A stretch of 32,000 nucleotides of DNA, from assembly GCF_000025505.1 (NCBI RefSeq), contig NC_013849.1, forward strand, positions 1,650,001 through 1,682,000, given 5' to 3'. The position numbers were made by a program, and so were the translations under genes. The stretch comes from Ferroglobus placidus DSM 10642 (lineage in GTDB: Archaea; Halobacteriota; Archaeoglobi; Archaeoglobales; Archaeoglobaceae). The notes below the pieces were generated by a model, which was not told the DNA's origin, did no database searches, and worked only from the letters and a program-made list of their open reading frames with translations. Shown here piece after piece: positions 23,670 to 32,000 of this stretch (position 1 is its first letter; each line of letters opens with the position of its first letter).

Positions 23670-24473
23670 AGATACGAGAATTGCAGCTAAAAACACTAAA
23701 AACGCTCCCAAGTATTGAAGAGCGGAGAGGGTTTCCCCGAGAACGATCACCGAAAAAACGTGAGAAAATACTCCCTCGAGGGAAAGTATTATCCCGGCAT
23801 CCACGGACTTCGTGTAAGATTGGAGGTAGTTTTGAAGAATCTTGGCGACAAATGTCGCGAGAAGACCCGTTATAAGGAGGGAAAGAAGAACATAGTCGTT
23901 CAAAACAAGTTTCTCTGTAAAAAATAAAGCTGGAAAGGTTGAAAATAAACCTATCGAAAGCACCTGCCACCCAGCCAAGCTCAACGGTTGCAGCTTCTTG
24001 GAGTACTCGGATATCATGGCTATCTCGAAAGCAAAGGCTATCGCACACAGAAGGATGAGAGCATCTCCGGTATTAAATGAAGAAACCCCGGAAAGGAGGT
24101 AAACTCCGATGAAGGCGACAATAACAGAAAGAGCTTCCACCCTCGTGAGCTTTTCTCCGTAAAGTTTCGCTGCTATGATCGGCGTGAAAACTATGTAAGT
24201 AGAAGTTATGAATCCGGCGTTGGTGGCAGTGGTGAGTTCGAGCCCTATCGTTTGGAAAGTATATCCGAGAAAAGATGCTACTCCGATTTTTACACCAGCA
24301 CTCGCTTCTCGTCTTTTTAGGAAAGGCAGAAAGAGAAGTGAAGTAAAAACGAACCTGATTGCGTTAAAAGCGAAAGGAGAGATGAAGTTCAGCGCGAGTT
24401 TAACGACAGGAAAAGTCGCTCCCCAAATCAACGCAACAAGCAATAATCCGGCGTCGGCGTAGAGTCTTTTCAC
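23649..24473 (-). CDS. EamA/DMT-superfamily transporter
   Basis: 274 aa with 10 TM helices and a duplicated EamA-type organisation (LLVALIWGATFPVVKLAL...). GTG start. Its 3' end overlaps uppP by 21 nt. Confidence 0.8.
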   Translation of the reverse strand: MKRLYADAGLLLVALIWGATFPVVKLALNFISPFAFNAIRFVFTSLLFLPFLKRREASAGVKIGVASFLGYTFQTIGLELTTATNAGFITSTYIVFTPIIAAKLYGEKLTRVEALSVIVAFIGVYLLSGVSSFNTGDALILLCAIAFAFEIAMISEYSKKLQPLSLAGWQVLSIGLFSTFPALFFTEKLVLNDYVLLSLLITGLLATFVAKILQNYLQSYTKSVDAGIILSLEGVFSHVFSVIVLGETLSALQYLGAFLVFLAAILVSSQNDKS

Positions 24474-24508
24474 GAAGTTGTGTTCTAAAAAATTTATAAA
24501 AAACTTGT

Positions 24509-25129
24509 TTACCTCTGCATCATCATCGATATCGAGCAGACGTTGCCGTGCGTTTCAAACAAGCTTAGGTCGAGATCGACGAACTTCGCCTCGTACTTTT
24601 CAACAATTTTTCCTTGCTGAGTAACGGTGGTTTTGAAAGCGTCTCCCACCGGCTCGCTTTTCACATCCTCAGCTTCACCCGGAGAAATCTCCTGAGTGGT
24701 TTTAATTTCGACCCAGTCACAGTTTTGAGGAGCGTTTATTCCACCAGCGTTTTTGACGTACATCGTTGTCGTTAAAGTGTTGCCCTCGTACTTGTGTTTG
24801 ATTATAACCACCTCCCCTTCTGAGTTTTGCATTCTCATCTTTTGCTCGTTGTTGTTTGCGTCGTAGTAGAACCAGAACTCCATCGTCTTTTCTGCACCCT
24901 CCTCAGATATCGTGGCTTTCACATAATACATCTTTTTAGCGTTGAAGAGATCTAAGAGGGTGTTTATTTCTCCTTCCTCTACAACAACTTCAGTCTTCTT
25001 TTCTGGAGTTTTTTCCGTGACTGGCGTTTTCTCAGGCTTCGGAGTTTCTGCGGTTTCAACTTTTTCTTCCTTACCACTGCACCCGGATAAAACGACGAGA
25101 AGAACTAAAAGCAAAGCCAACAACCTCAT
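24509..25129 (-). CDS. Putative lipoprotein of unknown function
   Basis: Signal peptide with a lipobox-like LSGC (MRLLALLLVLLVVLSGCSG), then a Pro/Glu/Lys/Thr-rich linker. GGAGGG lies 6 nt upstream of the ATG. Confidence 0.6.
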   Translation of the reverse strand: MRLLALLLVLLVVLSGCSGKEEKVETAETPKPEKTPVTEKTPEKKTEVVVEEGEINTLLDLFNAKKMYYVKATISEEGAEKTMEFWFYYDANNNEQKMRMQNSEGEVVIIKHKYEGNTLTTTMYVKNAGGINAPQNCDWVEIKTTQEISPGEAEDVKSEPVGDAFKTTVTQQGKIVEKYEAKFVDLDLSLFETHGNVCSISMMMQR

Positions 25130-25193
25130 GCTTTCCCTCCGACGTTTCGAAAATTTTGCTTTTTAGAAATATTTATACTTTTTCCCTGAAAAG

Positions 25194-25201
25194 TTTAATA
25201 T
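25194..25201 (+). promoter_or_regulatory. Candidate TATA box for the MFS gene (leaderless geometry)
   Basis: TTTAATAT is centred about 26 nt upstream of ATG 25224. Confidence 0.3.
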
Positions 25202-25223
25202 TCCTCCAAAATACTCAAAAAGC

Positions 25224-26375
25224 ATGAGACAGCTTATCTACCTCGCTTTCATCTGCTTTATTTTAATGTTCAGTGTCACGATGATTTATCCGGTTGTGAA
25301 GCATTACGTGATGGACAAGTACGAAGCTACCGTCTCCCAGGCGAGCATGTTTGTTGCGGTGAATTTAATAGCCTATGCAATTTTCGCCCCAGTTTGGGGT
25401 TCTTTGTCGGACAAACTCGGAAAGAGGAAGGTTTTCATAACAACCGGGTTGCTTGGAAATTCGGCGATGCTTTTCCTTCAAGCTATAGCTCCAAATCTCT
25501 CCTTACTTATGCTTTTCAGGTTTGTCGAGGGAATATTCACTGTTATGGTTTACTCGATAGCGATGACTCTCGTTCTCGATATAGCGAGGAAAGAAGCTTA
25601 CGGCAGAGGGATGGGTGTAATCGGAATGGGAATAGCTACTGGCACGGCATTCGGCGCTCCTTTCGGAGGCTTTCTCGGAAGCTTAAATCCAGTCATGCCG
25701 TTCTACTCAGCTTCTCTACTCATCTTCCTCGCTTTCGTCTTCGCTCTAATTATTCTCGAGGATGTAGAAGTTGAAAGTTCGAAATCGGTTCTTGAGGGGA
25801 TAGCTGTTGCTAAAAAGAGAAAAGAGCTTCTAATTCCCTACCTCTTCTCCTTCGTCGACAGATTCACAGCTGGGTTTTTTATCAGCGTCTTTCCGATAAT
25901 GCTCGGAACGCTCTATCAAATGACTCCGAAGGAGATAGGAATTTACCTCTCTTCATTCTTAATGCCCTTCGCACTCCTTCAGTATCCGGGCGGATTTATC
26001 AGTGACAGATTCGGTAGAATAAAACCGCTAATACTCGGAAGCATCATCTACGGAATCTGCATATCTTCGGTTGGATTTCTCACTCCACCGGCAATAGCAA
26101 TCTCAATGCTCGTTGCCGGAGTTGCTGCAGCGATAATACTTCCGGCTTCATCAGCTTTAAGCGGAGATCTCGCTCCGAAGGATTTGAAAGGAGCAGCTAT
26201 CGGAGGGTTCAACTTCAGCGGATCTTTAGGATTCGCTTTGGGTCCGGCAGTAGCCGGGTTTATTGCTGAAAAGTACGGCTTCTCTCAAACATTTTACATT
26301 GCCGGGATATCAGTGTTTATGGTAACCTTTGCAGCGGTCCTGTTGCTGAGAAAATGGAAGATTAACGCGTTTTAG
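25224..26375 (+). CDS. MFS transporter
   Basis: 383 aa with about 12 TM helices. The loop 2-3 motif is GSLSDKLGKRKV (the G-x-x-x-D-R/K-x-G-R-R/K type). Confidence 0.85.
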   Translation: MRQLIYLAFICFILMFSVTMIYPVVKHYVMDKYEATVSQASMFVAVNLIAYAIFAPVWGSLSDKLGKRKVFITTGLLGNSAMLFLQAIAPNLSLLMLFRFVEGIFTVMVYSIAMTLVLDIARKEAYGRGMGVIGMGIATGTAFGAPFGGFLGSLNPVMPFYSASLLIFLAFVFALIILEDVEVESSKSVLEGIAVAKKRKELLIPYLFSFVDRFTAGFFISVFPIMLGTLYQMTPKEIGIYLSSFLMPFALLQYPGGFISDRFGRIKPLILGSIIYGICISSVGFLTPPAIAISMLVAGVAAAIILPASSALSGDLAPKDLKGAAIGGFNFSGSLGFALGPAVAGFIAEKYGFSQTFYIAGISVFMVTFAAVLLLRKWKINAF

Positions 26376-26383
26376 TTCAAAAG

Positions 26384-27247
26384 TTACGACAGAACTTCGG
26401 CGATCGTAAAAAGTAGCAAAAAGAAGCTTATAAGAGCGTTTGCATGGAAAAAAGAGATTTCTAACTTGCTTTCATCGATCTCTATTATGAGATGCTGAAA
26501 AGCTATTAAAAAAGCTATTGCTGCCAGAGAGAGCTTTACATAAATTCCGAAGTCGAAGTACTTGTAAAAGGCTACGAAGAGGAGGAGAAGGAAAACAACG
26601 TGGTTTAAAGTCGAGATTATCTTGGCAGCTTTCACTCCGAAATGGGCTGGAATGGAATGAAGACCGTATTTTCTATCAAACTCCAAATCTTGGAGAGCGT
26701 AAATTATATCGAAGCCAGCCACCCAGAACATCACAGCCACTCCTATTAAAAACGGGAGAGCAGCTTCCCCAAAGATATTGAAAGAGCCAGTTACGGCTAT
26801 CCAACCACCCATTGGAGCGAAAGAGAGGTTTAAACCGAGGATGTAATGGGATATGCAGGAGAGCCTTTTTAAGTAAGGATAGATGTAAGCGACAATCGCT
26901 GGAATTGGAGAAAGTACGAAAGCGAGCCAGTTCAGAAAGTATGCGGAAATAAAGTATGCTGCGAGAGCAAATGCGGCTATGGCGTAAGCTTCACCAACGC
27001 TTATTATTCCAGCCGGAATGTGCCTGTTCCTCGTTCTCGGGTTTAAAGCGTCGATTTCCCTGTCAATTATTCTGTTAAAAGACATGGCGGCAGTTCTCAA
27101 TCCGGTGAAAGCCGTTGTGATTAAAACGAACTTCTCCAGAGGAATTTTCCCTCCGCTTGCGAGTATCGCACCGAGATAAGCGAAAGGTAAAGCAAATAAG
27201 GTGTGCTCTATTTTAATGAAGTCGAGGTAATCTCTGAGAGTTGCCAT
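26384..27247 (-). CDS. UbiA-family aromatic prenyltransferase (4-hydroxybenzoate polyprenyltransferase-like)
   Basis: Motifs FNRIIDREIDALNPRTRNRHIPAG (N-x-x-x-D-x-x-x-D) and a second Asp-rich motif, YALQDLEFDRKYG. About 8-9 TM helices. Confidence 0.85.
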   Translation of the reverse strand: MATLRDYLDFIKIEHTLFALPFAYLGAILASGGKIPLEKFVLITTAFTGLRTAAMSFNRIIDREIDALNPRTRNRHIPAGIISVGEAYAIAAFALAAYFISAYFLNWLAFVLSPIPAIVAYIYPYLKRLSCISHYILGLNLSFAPMGGWIAVTGSFNIFGEAALPFLIGVAVMFWVAGFDIIYALQDLEFDRKYGLHSIPAHFGVKAAKIISTLNHVVFLLLLFVAFYKYFDFGIYVKLSLAAIAFLIAFQHLIIEIDESKLEISFFHANALISFFLLLFTIAEVLS

Positions 27248-27268
27248 AAAATGGGCTAAGAAGATGAG

Positions 27269-27276
27269 TATAAAAA
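27269..27276 (-). promoter_or_regulatory. Candidate TATA box for the UbiA gene (leaderless geometry)
   Basis: The minus strand reads TTTTTATA, centred about 26 nt upstream of ATG 27247. The whole divergent spacer is only 38 bp. Confidence 0.35.
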
Positions 27277-27285
27277 GGTGATCGA

Positions 27286-28128
27286 ATGGAGACTAAAGCT
27301 GCTCTCTCAGCTTCGATAGCGTTAGCATTGGAAGTCCTCGCAACTCCGAAATCGGGAAACGTGGACAGATTTCACGATTTTGAAGATTTAAAGCTCCACG
27401 ATTTCGTAATCTCCTCCATTTGCTCGCTCCCATCTTTCCTGAAGCTTGCGAGGGGAGAAATAGGAGTGGGAGAAGCTATATACCAAGCAATAAACGAGAG
27501 CGTAAAGTTTCACGGAGAGAAAAACGTTCACTTTGGAGCTTTTCTGCTTTTATGTCCCCTCGTCTCATCCCACGGAGACGTAAAGAAAGCGGTCGAAAAC
27601 GTAAAAAATTCGGACTGGAAGCAGAGCTTGTACGTTTACAAAGCTTTCAAGCTCGTTAACCCGAGGGTTTTATCATCTAAAGAGCTCGACTTGAGGGAAG
27701 ACGAGACAGAGAAGGAGATAGTGGAGAAGAAGCTTTCACTTTACGAGTGGATGAAAAAAGCACCGGAAGAGAACATCGTGGCTAAGGAGCTCACGAACGG
27801 CTATAAGCTTTCTACGGAGTGCAAAAACAGAATACTCTACTGGAGCGAAAAATTCAGCCTCGAAAAGGCTATAGTTTTAGCCTACCACGAAATACTGTCA
27901 AAAGTTCCGGATCCGCTTATAATAGCGAAACACGGGAAATCTTTGGCTGAAAAGATTACGGAGGAGGCGAAACTCCGTCTTAAGGATTTTAAAGAGCTCG
28001 GAAATTTTTCGATTTTCATGGAATTCGATGAAAAGCTGATAGAGAGAAAAATAAATCCGGGAAGCGTAGCAGATATCGTAGCAGCTGGCATATACCTTGC
28101 GTTAATGGAGGGTGTGAGGATTGCTTGA
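27286..28128 (+). CDS. CitG/MdcB-family (triphosphoribosyl-dephospho-CoA synthase-like) protein
   Basis: The N-terminal pattern ALEVLATPKSGNVDRFHDFEDL resembles the CitG motif (E-V-x-x-x-P-K-P-G-L-V-D...H-x-D-M). AGGTGA lies 4 nt upstream of the ATG. Confidence 0.6.
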   Translation: METKAALSASIALALEVLATPKSGNVDRFHDFEDLKLHDFVISSICSLPSFLKLARGEIGVGEAIYQAINESVKFHGEKNVHFGAFLLLCPLVSSHGDVKKAVENVKNSDWKQSLYVYKAFKLVNPRVLSSKELDLREDETEKEIVEKKLSLYEWMKKAPEENIVAKELTNGYKLSTECKNRILYWSEKFSLEKAIVLAYHEILSKVPDPLIIAKHGKSLAEKITEEAKLRLKDFKELGNFSIFMEFDEKLIERKINPGSVADIVAAGIYLALMEGVRIA

Positions 28129-28657
28129 GGAGCTCGGATTGAGGGAAGGAATAAACGAAGTCATAGGGATAACCTTCGGAGATTGGATAAACACCGCTCC
28201 GGTAGGAGTCGTTGTCAGGGACAAGATTTTCGTCAGACTTTACGAGAATCACACGAAAGAGTTTTTGAAAAAGAGCGGAAAACTCTACGTGAACGTCGTA
28301 AACGATCCGATAATTTTTGTGAAAGCCTCGTTTGAAGATTTGAGCGAGGAATACTTCGAAAGCTTGAACCCCCCGATTTTGAAGAACGCTTTAAGCTGGT
28401 TGGAGTTCGATGCCAGGTTTGAAGGAAGCGTAGCTTACTTGGAATTCGTTAGGGGGGGAGTTGTTAGGAGAGAGATAAGGGCGGTGAACAGAGGGTTTAA
28501 CGCCATAATAGAAGCTTTGGTTTACGCGACGAGATACGTTTACTTCAAAAAAGAGGAATTTAAAAGGAAAGCTTTGGAGTATCGGGGACTGGTTGAGAAG
28601 TGCGGCGGAAAAAAAGAAAGAGAAGCTTTTGAACTGATGCTGGGGTATTTGGAATGA
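28121..28657 (+). CDS. DUF447-family protein (split-barrel flavin-binding-like)
   Basis: 178 aa. GINEVIGITFGDWINTAPVGVVV resembles the DUF447 N-terminal pattern. TTG start overlapping the CitG-like stop by 8 nt. Confidence 0.45.
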   Translation: MLEELGLREGINEVIGITFGDWINTAPVGVVVRDKIFVRLYENHTKEFLKKSGKLYVNVVNDPIIFVKASFEDLSEEYFESLNPPILKNALSWLEFDARFEGSVAYLEFVRGGVVRREIRAVNRGFNAIIEALVYATRYVYFKKEEFKRKALEYRGLVEKCGGKKEREAFELMLGYLE

Positions 28658-29550
28658 AGCTCGGAGTTGTCGTTAATCCTTATGCTGGAAAAGGAGTTGA
28701 CGAGCGTCTCGTGAGAAAGGTCGTGGAAAAACTCGGAGAGGTTAAGCTTGTGGCTCAGGAAGAGCTTGGAGAGGTTTATTTTAAGGAGGCTGAGGTCGTA
28801 AGAATAAGGAGGACTTTCACCGGAGAGGACACGAAGGAGATCGTGAAGTTGATGGATGGAAAAGTCGATTTGATAGTAGTTTTCGGAGGAGACGGAACTG
28901 CAAGCGACGCAGCTTCTGCGAAACCCAAAACGCCGCTTTTGTGCATTGGAACGGGAACGACAAACGTGGGAAAGCTCATAACACCTCCGGACTTCGATCC
29001 GGAGAGGCTTAAAGTTGTTGAGCTCGACGCTTTAAGGGTTATCGAAACGGACAGGCTCGCTTTTAACGACGTTGTTGCCGGAAACACAATTTTAGCAACG
29101 ATTAATGGAAAAGTGACTCAGATAGATGCCGAAAGGTTCATGAAGGGTGAGAAAGTTCGTGCGGAGCCGAAGAAGTTCAGGGGAAAGATTAAAGCCGGTG
29201 GGAAGATAATTGAAGGAGTTTTCGGAAACGTATTCGTGAATTTAACTTCAAAAGAGTTTCTCGGAAAAGGTTCAGCCGGCGGATTGGCTATGGCAGCCTT
29301 CGTAGGATTTCCGGCGGTAGTTTCTTCCGTTAACGAGCCTCTCGTTGTTGCTGAATACACAAAGGAAAAGCTCAGAGAAGTTGAGCCGATAGTAACTCAA
29401 ACTGTAAGCTTGGATTACAACGAGAAAGTTACGATAGAAGCTAACACAGTAATCTCAGCAGACGGAAATCCACAAACTTACGGAAAGGCAACTGTGGAGG
29501 TTCTGGAGAAAGCCGTTAGGGTTTTAAAGGAGAAAAGGAAAAAATTTTAA
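28654..29550 (+). CDS. NAD-kinase / diacylglycerol-kinase-like ATP-dependent kinase family protein
   Basis: MKLGVVVNPYAGKG and the LIVVFGGDGT motif. ATGA overlap with the upstream gene. Confidence 0.65.
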   Translation: MKLGVVVNPYAGKGVDERLVRKVVEKLGEVKLVAQEELGEVYFKEAEVVRIRRTFTGEDTKEIVKLMDGKVDLIVVFGGDGTASDAASAKPKTPLLCIGTGTTNVGKLITPPDFDPERLKVVELDALRVIETDRLAFNDVVAGNTILATINGKVTQIDAERFMKGEKVRAEPKKFRGKIKAGGKIIEGVFGNVFVNLTSKEFLGKGSAGGLAMAAFVGFPAVVSSVNEPLVVAEYTKEKLREVEPIVTQTVSLDYNEKVTIEANTVISADGNPQTYGKATVEVLEKAVRVLKEKRKKF

Positions 29551-29960
29551 ATTCTCTTCCCGAACTCCTTAGCGAATTTGACCAAAAATCCGAGGGTTTT
29601 CTGAACGTTCGGATCTCTCAAAGCGCCCAATAAGTCTCTCAACCCTACGGGATCGTAGTTCAAACTTTCGCTCAAAGCTTGAGCCGCAGCCTCAGTTATC
29701 ATCCCCACTTTTCTATCCATGTTCAAAGCGCAGGGTGCTATGGCCTCTATCAAATTCTCGATTCTGCTCTGCAAATTCTCGTCGTACATTTCTGAAAGTA
29801 AAGTTACTCCGTCGATGAGGCTTTCTAAGAGGTCCAAAGCTCTCGTGAGTTTTTCGTCCTCTACCAGTTTTATGAGCGTGTACAAAAGTCTTTCAAGCTT
29901 TTCAACTTCCACTTCTTCCGAAAGCTTTTCCACGAGCAATAAAAGTCTGTCCTCTTCCAT
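29547..29960 (-). CDS. DUF1641-family helical protein
   Basis: The C-terminal pattern GLRDLLGALRDPNVQKTLGFLVKFAKEFG is typical of DUF1641. Confidence 0.6.
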   Translation of the reverse strand: MEEDRLLLLVEKLSEEVEVEKLERLLYTLIKLVEDEKLTRALDLLESLIDGVTLLSEMYDENLQSRIENLIEAIAPCALNMDRKVGMITEAAAQALSESLNYDPVGLRDLLGALRDPNVQKTLGFLVKFAKEFGKRI

Positions 29961-30015
29961 GGGAGTAGTTGAAGCTAAGAGTTTTTGAACTTTTTCAATT
30001 GGCGTTTAAAAAAAG

Positions 30016-30024
30016 TTATATTTA
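30016..30024 (+). promoter_or_regulatory. Candidate TATA box for the MinD-like gene (leaderless geometry)
   Basis: TTATATTTA is centred about 26 nt upstream of ATG 30046. Confidence 0.35.
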
Positions 30025-30045
30025 GGGGGAGCAAATCCTCCTTAA

Positions 30046-30798
30046 ATGATTATAGCGATCGCTTCGGGAAAGGGCGGAGTAGGTAAAACCACTGTATCCG
30101 TAAATGCCGCCGTTCTTCTCTCCTTTCTCGGCAGAACAATTCTGGTTGACGGAGATGTGGCTTTACCTAACGTTCACGTGCATTTGAATTTTAATCCGTC
30201 GGTGGCTCTTCCAGAGGTTTTGAAGGGAGAGGTTTCGCTTGAAGAAGCGATATACGAGATGCGGTTTAAAGTCGGAAAAAAAGAGACTACTCTCCACGTT
30301 CTTCTTTCTTCAGGACCTCTCGAGAAAATTGAGCTCGACGGTTTTCCGGAGATTGTTAAAAAGCTCGAAAGAGATTACGATTTTGTTATAGTTGATGTTG
30401 CCGCCGGATTGAACAAGTACGCTTTACTTCCACTCATGGCGTCCGAGAAAATATATGTTGTGGTGAATCCAGAAAGAGCGTCGATAGAGGACGGAAAGAA
30501 AGTTACAATGGTTGCTTCCTCGATTGGTAAAGAGGTTAGTGGGGTCATCGTGAACAGGTATAGAGGCGAGAGAGATCTTGTCGAACTCGCACAGAAGGAA
30601 ATCAGCGAAAATCTCGCTGGAATCGTAAGGGAGTCGAAACTCGTGAAAAAAGCATGGGAAATCGGTAAGCCGTTTGTGGTTGCTTTTCCATCCTCAGCAG
30701 TTTCGAAGGATGTTGCGAAGCTTGCGAAAAACATAGCTGGAATAAAAACCGAAATTAAAAAGTACGGGAAGTTAAAGTACTTTCTGAGGCTGGCATGA
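30046..30798 (+). CDS. MinD/ParA-family P-loop ATPase
   Basis: Deviant Walker A motif IAIASGKGGVGKTTVSVN. Walker B-like motif DFVIVDVAAG. Confidence 0.85.
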   Translation: MIIAIASGKGGVGKTTVSVNAAVLLSFLGRTILVDGDVALPNVHVHLNFNPSVALPEVLKGEVSLEEAIYEMRFKVGKKETTLHVLLSSGPLEKIELDGFPEIVKKLERDYDFVIVDVAAGLNKYALLPLMASEKIYVVVNPERASIEDGKKVTMVASSIGKEVSGVIVNRYRGERDLVELAQKEISENLAGIVRESKLVKKAWEIGKPFVVAFPSSAVSKDVAKLAKNIAGIKTEIKKYGKLKYFLRLA

Positions 30799-30998
30799 AG
30801 GAAAGTATAGATGTTTTGATGGAAGATGGAGAAGTTCCGGAACTAAAGGGCGGAAAAGTAGATGAGAAGAGAGTAGTTTCTTCAGTTGATCTCGAAGAAA
30901 TAGTGTCTTCCGAGAACTCCTTTGTCGTCAGAGTTATAGACGTCCTTATAGTGCTTGTAGCGATTACCGTATTTTTACTATTGGCTGGAATTTTATAA
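30795..30998 (+). CDS. Small tail-anchored membrane protein, translationally coupled to the MinD-like gene
   Basis: ATGA start/stop overlap at 30795-30798. The 67-aa protein has an acidic N-terminal part and one C-terminal TM helix (VIDVLIVLVAITVFLLLAGIL). Confidence 0.45.
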   Translation: MKESIDVLMEDGEVPELKGGKVDEKRVVSSVDLEEIVSSENSFVVRVIDVLIVLVAITVFLLLAGIL

Positions 30999-31011
30999 AA
31001 ATAAAAATAGT

Positions 31012-31968
31012 TTATCCCTTGATCTTCTGGAGCTTTTCGATCAGAACCGGGACTATCTCGAATAAGTCTCCGACTACTCCGTAGTGAGCAACTCCAAATA
31101 TCGGAGCCTCCGGGTCTTTGTTTATAGCAATTATTAGCTCGCTGTCTTTCATACCCATAACGTGCTGGAATGCACCGCTTATTCCTAAAGCCAAATACAG
31201 CTTTGGCTTTACGGTTTTTCCTGAGATTCCGACCTGCCTGTCCTTCGGCAGCCATCCGTTGTCTATTACCGGACGACTTCCGGCAACGACTCCTCCAAGA
31301 AGCTTAGCGAGCTCTTCAGCAAGCTCTATGTTGGATGCGTCTTCGATTCCCCTTCCCACTGAAACTATTATGTCAGCTTGGGAAATGTCCACTTCCCCAA
31401 CTTCAGGCTCGATAATTCCGACGAACTCTCTTCTTGGCGTTACTTTCGGTTTAATTCCGGCGTCAACGATTTCCCCATTCGTCTCTTCTCCCTCTTTGAA
31501 CACTCCCTGCCTGACGGTGAGGACGTAGCATTCGGCTTTTTTGAGCATTATATCTACCATCAGCTTCCCTTGGAATATGTACCTGCTTACCTTGATTCCG
31601 TCCTTCACATCAACTCCAACGACATCAGTGGCGATTGGAGCGTTTAGCTTCGAAGCCACGAGCGGAGCGAGCTCTGCTCCTCTCGAAGAGTTCGGGAACA
31701 AGATCAAATCCGGTTTTTCTTTCTCGAACAGCTGCAAGAGAACGTCAGCGTATAGCTCTGGATTGTAATTTTCCAAAGAATCGTCTTCTATCTTCCACAC
31801 AACGTCCGCATATTTGGCAAGCTCTTCCGCAAAGCTTCCAACGTCTTTGCCAATCACAACCGCTTCGCTTTTTCCGTCACCCTTCACAGAGTTCGCTAAG
31901 TTCAGCAGCTCGACGCTAACCGGATCGAGTTCTCCAAGTCTAATTTCGGCTACAGCAAAAACCCTCAT
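31012..31968 (-). CDS. etfA: Electron transfer flavoprotein, alpha subunit
   Basis: The C-terminal FAD-binding signature is PKLYLALGISGAFQHVMGMKDSELIIAINKDPEAPIFGVAHYGVVGDLFEIVP. Confidence 0.9.
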   Translation of the reverse strand: MRVFAVAEIRLGELDPVSVELLNLANSVKGDGKSEAVVIGKDVGSFAEELAKYADVVWKIEDDSLENYNPELYADVLLQLFEKEKPDLILFPNSSRGAELAPLVASKLNAPIATDVVGVDVKDGIKVSRYIFQGKLMVDIMLKKAECYVLTVRQGVFKEGEETNGEIVDAGIKPKVTPRREFVGIIEPEVGEVDISQADIIVSVGRGIEDASNIELAEELAKLLGGVVAGSRPVIDNGWLPKDRQVGISGKTVKPKLYLALGISGAFQHVMGMKDSELIIAINKDPEAPIFGVAHYGVVGDLFEIVPVLIEKLQKIKG

Positions 31969-32000
31969 AGCAACCCCCTCTCCTTAAGTATCTGAATAAT
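31965..32000 (-). CDS. etfB: 3' end of a gene overlapping etfA by ATGA, probably electron transfer flavoprotein beta subunit. Only 11 codons are in the window.
   Basis: The reverse frame reads ...IIQILKERGLL* with its TGA overlapping the etfA ATG. etfB-etfA is the usual gene order. The sequence itself is too short to identify. Confidence 0.4.
   Translation of the reverse strand: MIQILKERGLL

Noticed and set aside
30755-31255. A 166-aa minus-strand ORF bridging the MinD end, the small ORF and the etfA 3' end.
   Set aside because: It is Ser/Arg/Thr-rich and low-complexity. It overlaps three better-supported genes in other frames and has no start signals.
1-32000. Search for CRISPR arrays, tRNA/rRNA genes and tandem repeats.
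   Set aside because: No regularly spaced direct repeats were seen. All intergenic gaps are 130 bp or shorter and show no cloverleaf-compatible structure. I found nothing to report.

Overview
Archaeal chromosome segment. Support for an archaeal origin: an archaeosortase, a PEF-CTERM sorting signal, DUF354 and DUF1616 families, H4MPT-linked genes, and TATA boxes about 26 nt upstream of start codons. The gene content suggests an Archaeoglobus-like euryarchaeon, but that is inference only. The left ~23 kb is a cell-surface glycan and protein-anchoring locus. It starts with a secreted lyase-like gene that runs off the window (1-1774, -) and a 1122-aa, ~13-TM, GT-C-like membrane protein (1893-5261, +). 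A tightly coupled 15-gene, ~15.6-kb minus-strand array follows (20882 down to 5248): VanZ-like, DUF1616-N-like, BshC-like ligase, PIG-L deacetylase, archaeosortase, DUF354, PEF-CTERM cargo, CE4 deacetylase (split by an IS6-family element with an 8-bp target duplication), FemAB-like, GT4, ATP-grasp, a second FemAB-like, GNAT, Wzx flippase and an AP-superfamily phosphodiesterase. An MraY/WecA-type initiating transferase and UppP flank this array. The right ~9 kb looks like housekeeping: EamA and MFS transporters, a lipoprotein, a UbiA prenyltransferase, a CitG-like/DUF447/NAD-kinase-like trio, DUF1641, a MinD-like ATPase with a coupled small tail-anchored protein, and etfA plus the last codons of etfB. 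I found no rRNA, tRNA or CRISPR array. The most interesting signal is that a sortase-type transpeptidase and its cargo sit beside enzymes that expose amines (deacetylases) and enzymes that form amide bonds (two Fem-type, ATP-grasp, BshC-like, GNAT) on what looks like a lipid-linked aminosugar pathway. All functional calls rest on motif recognition by eye. No searches were run.
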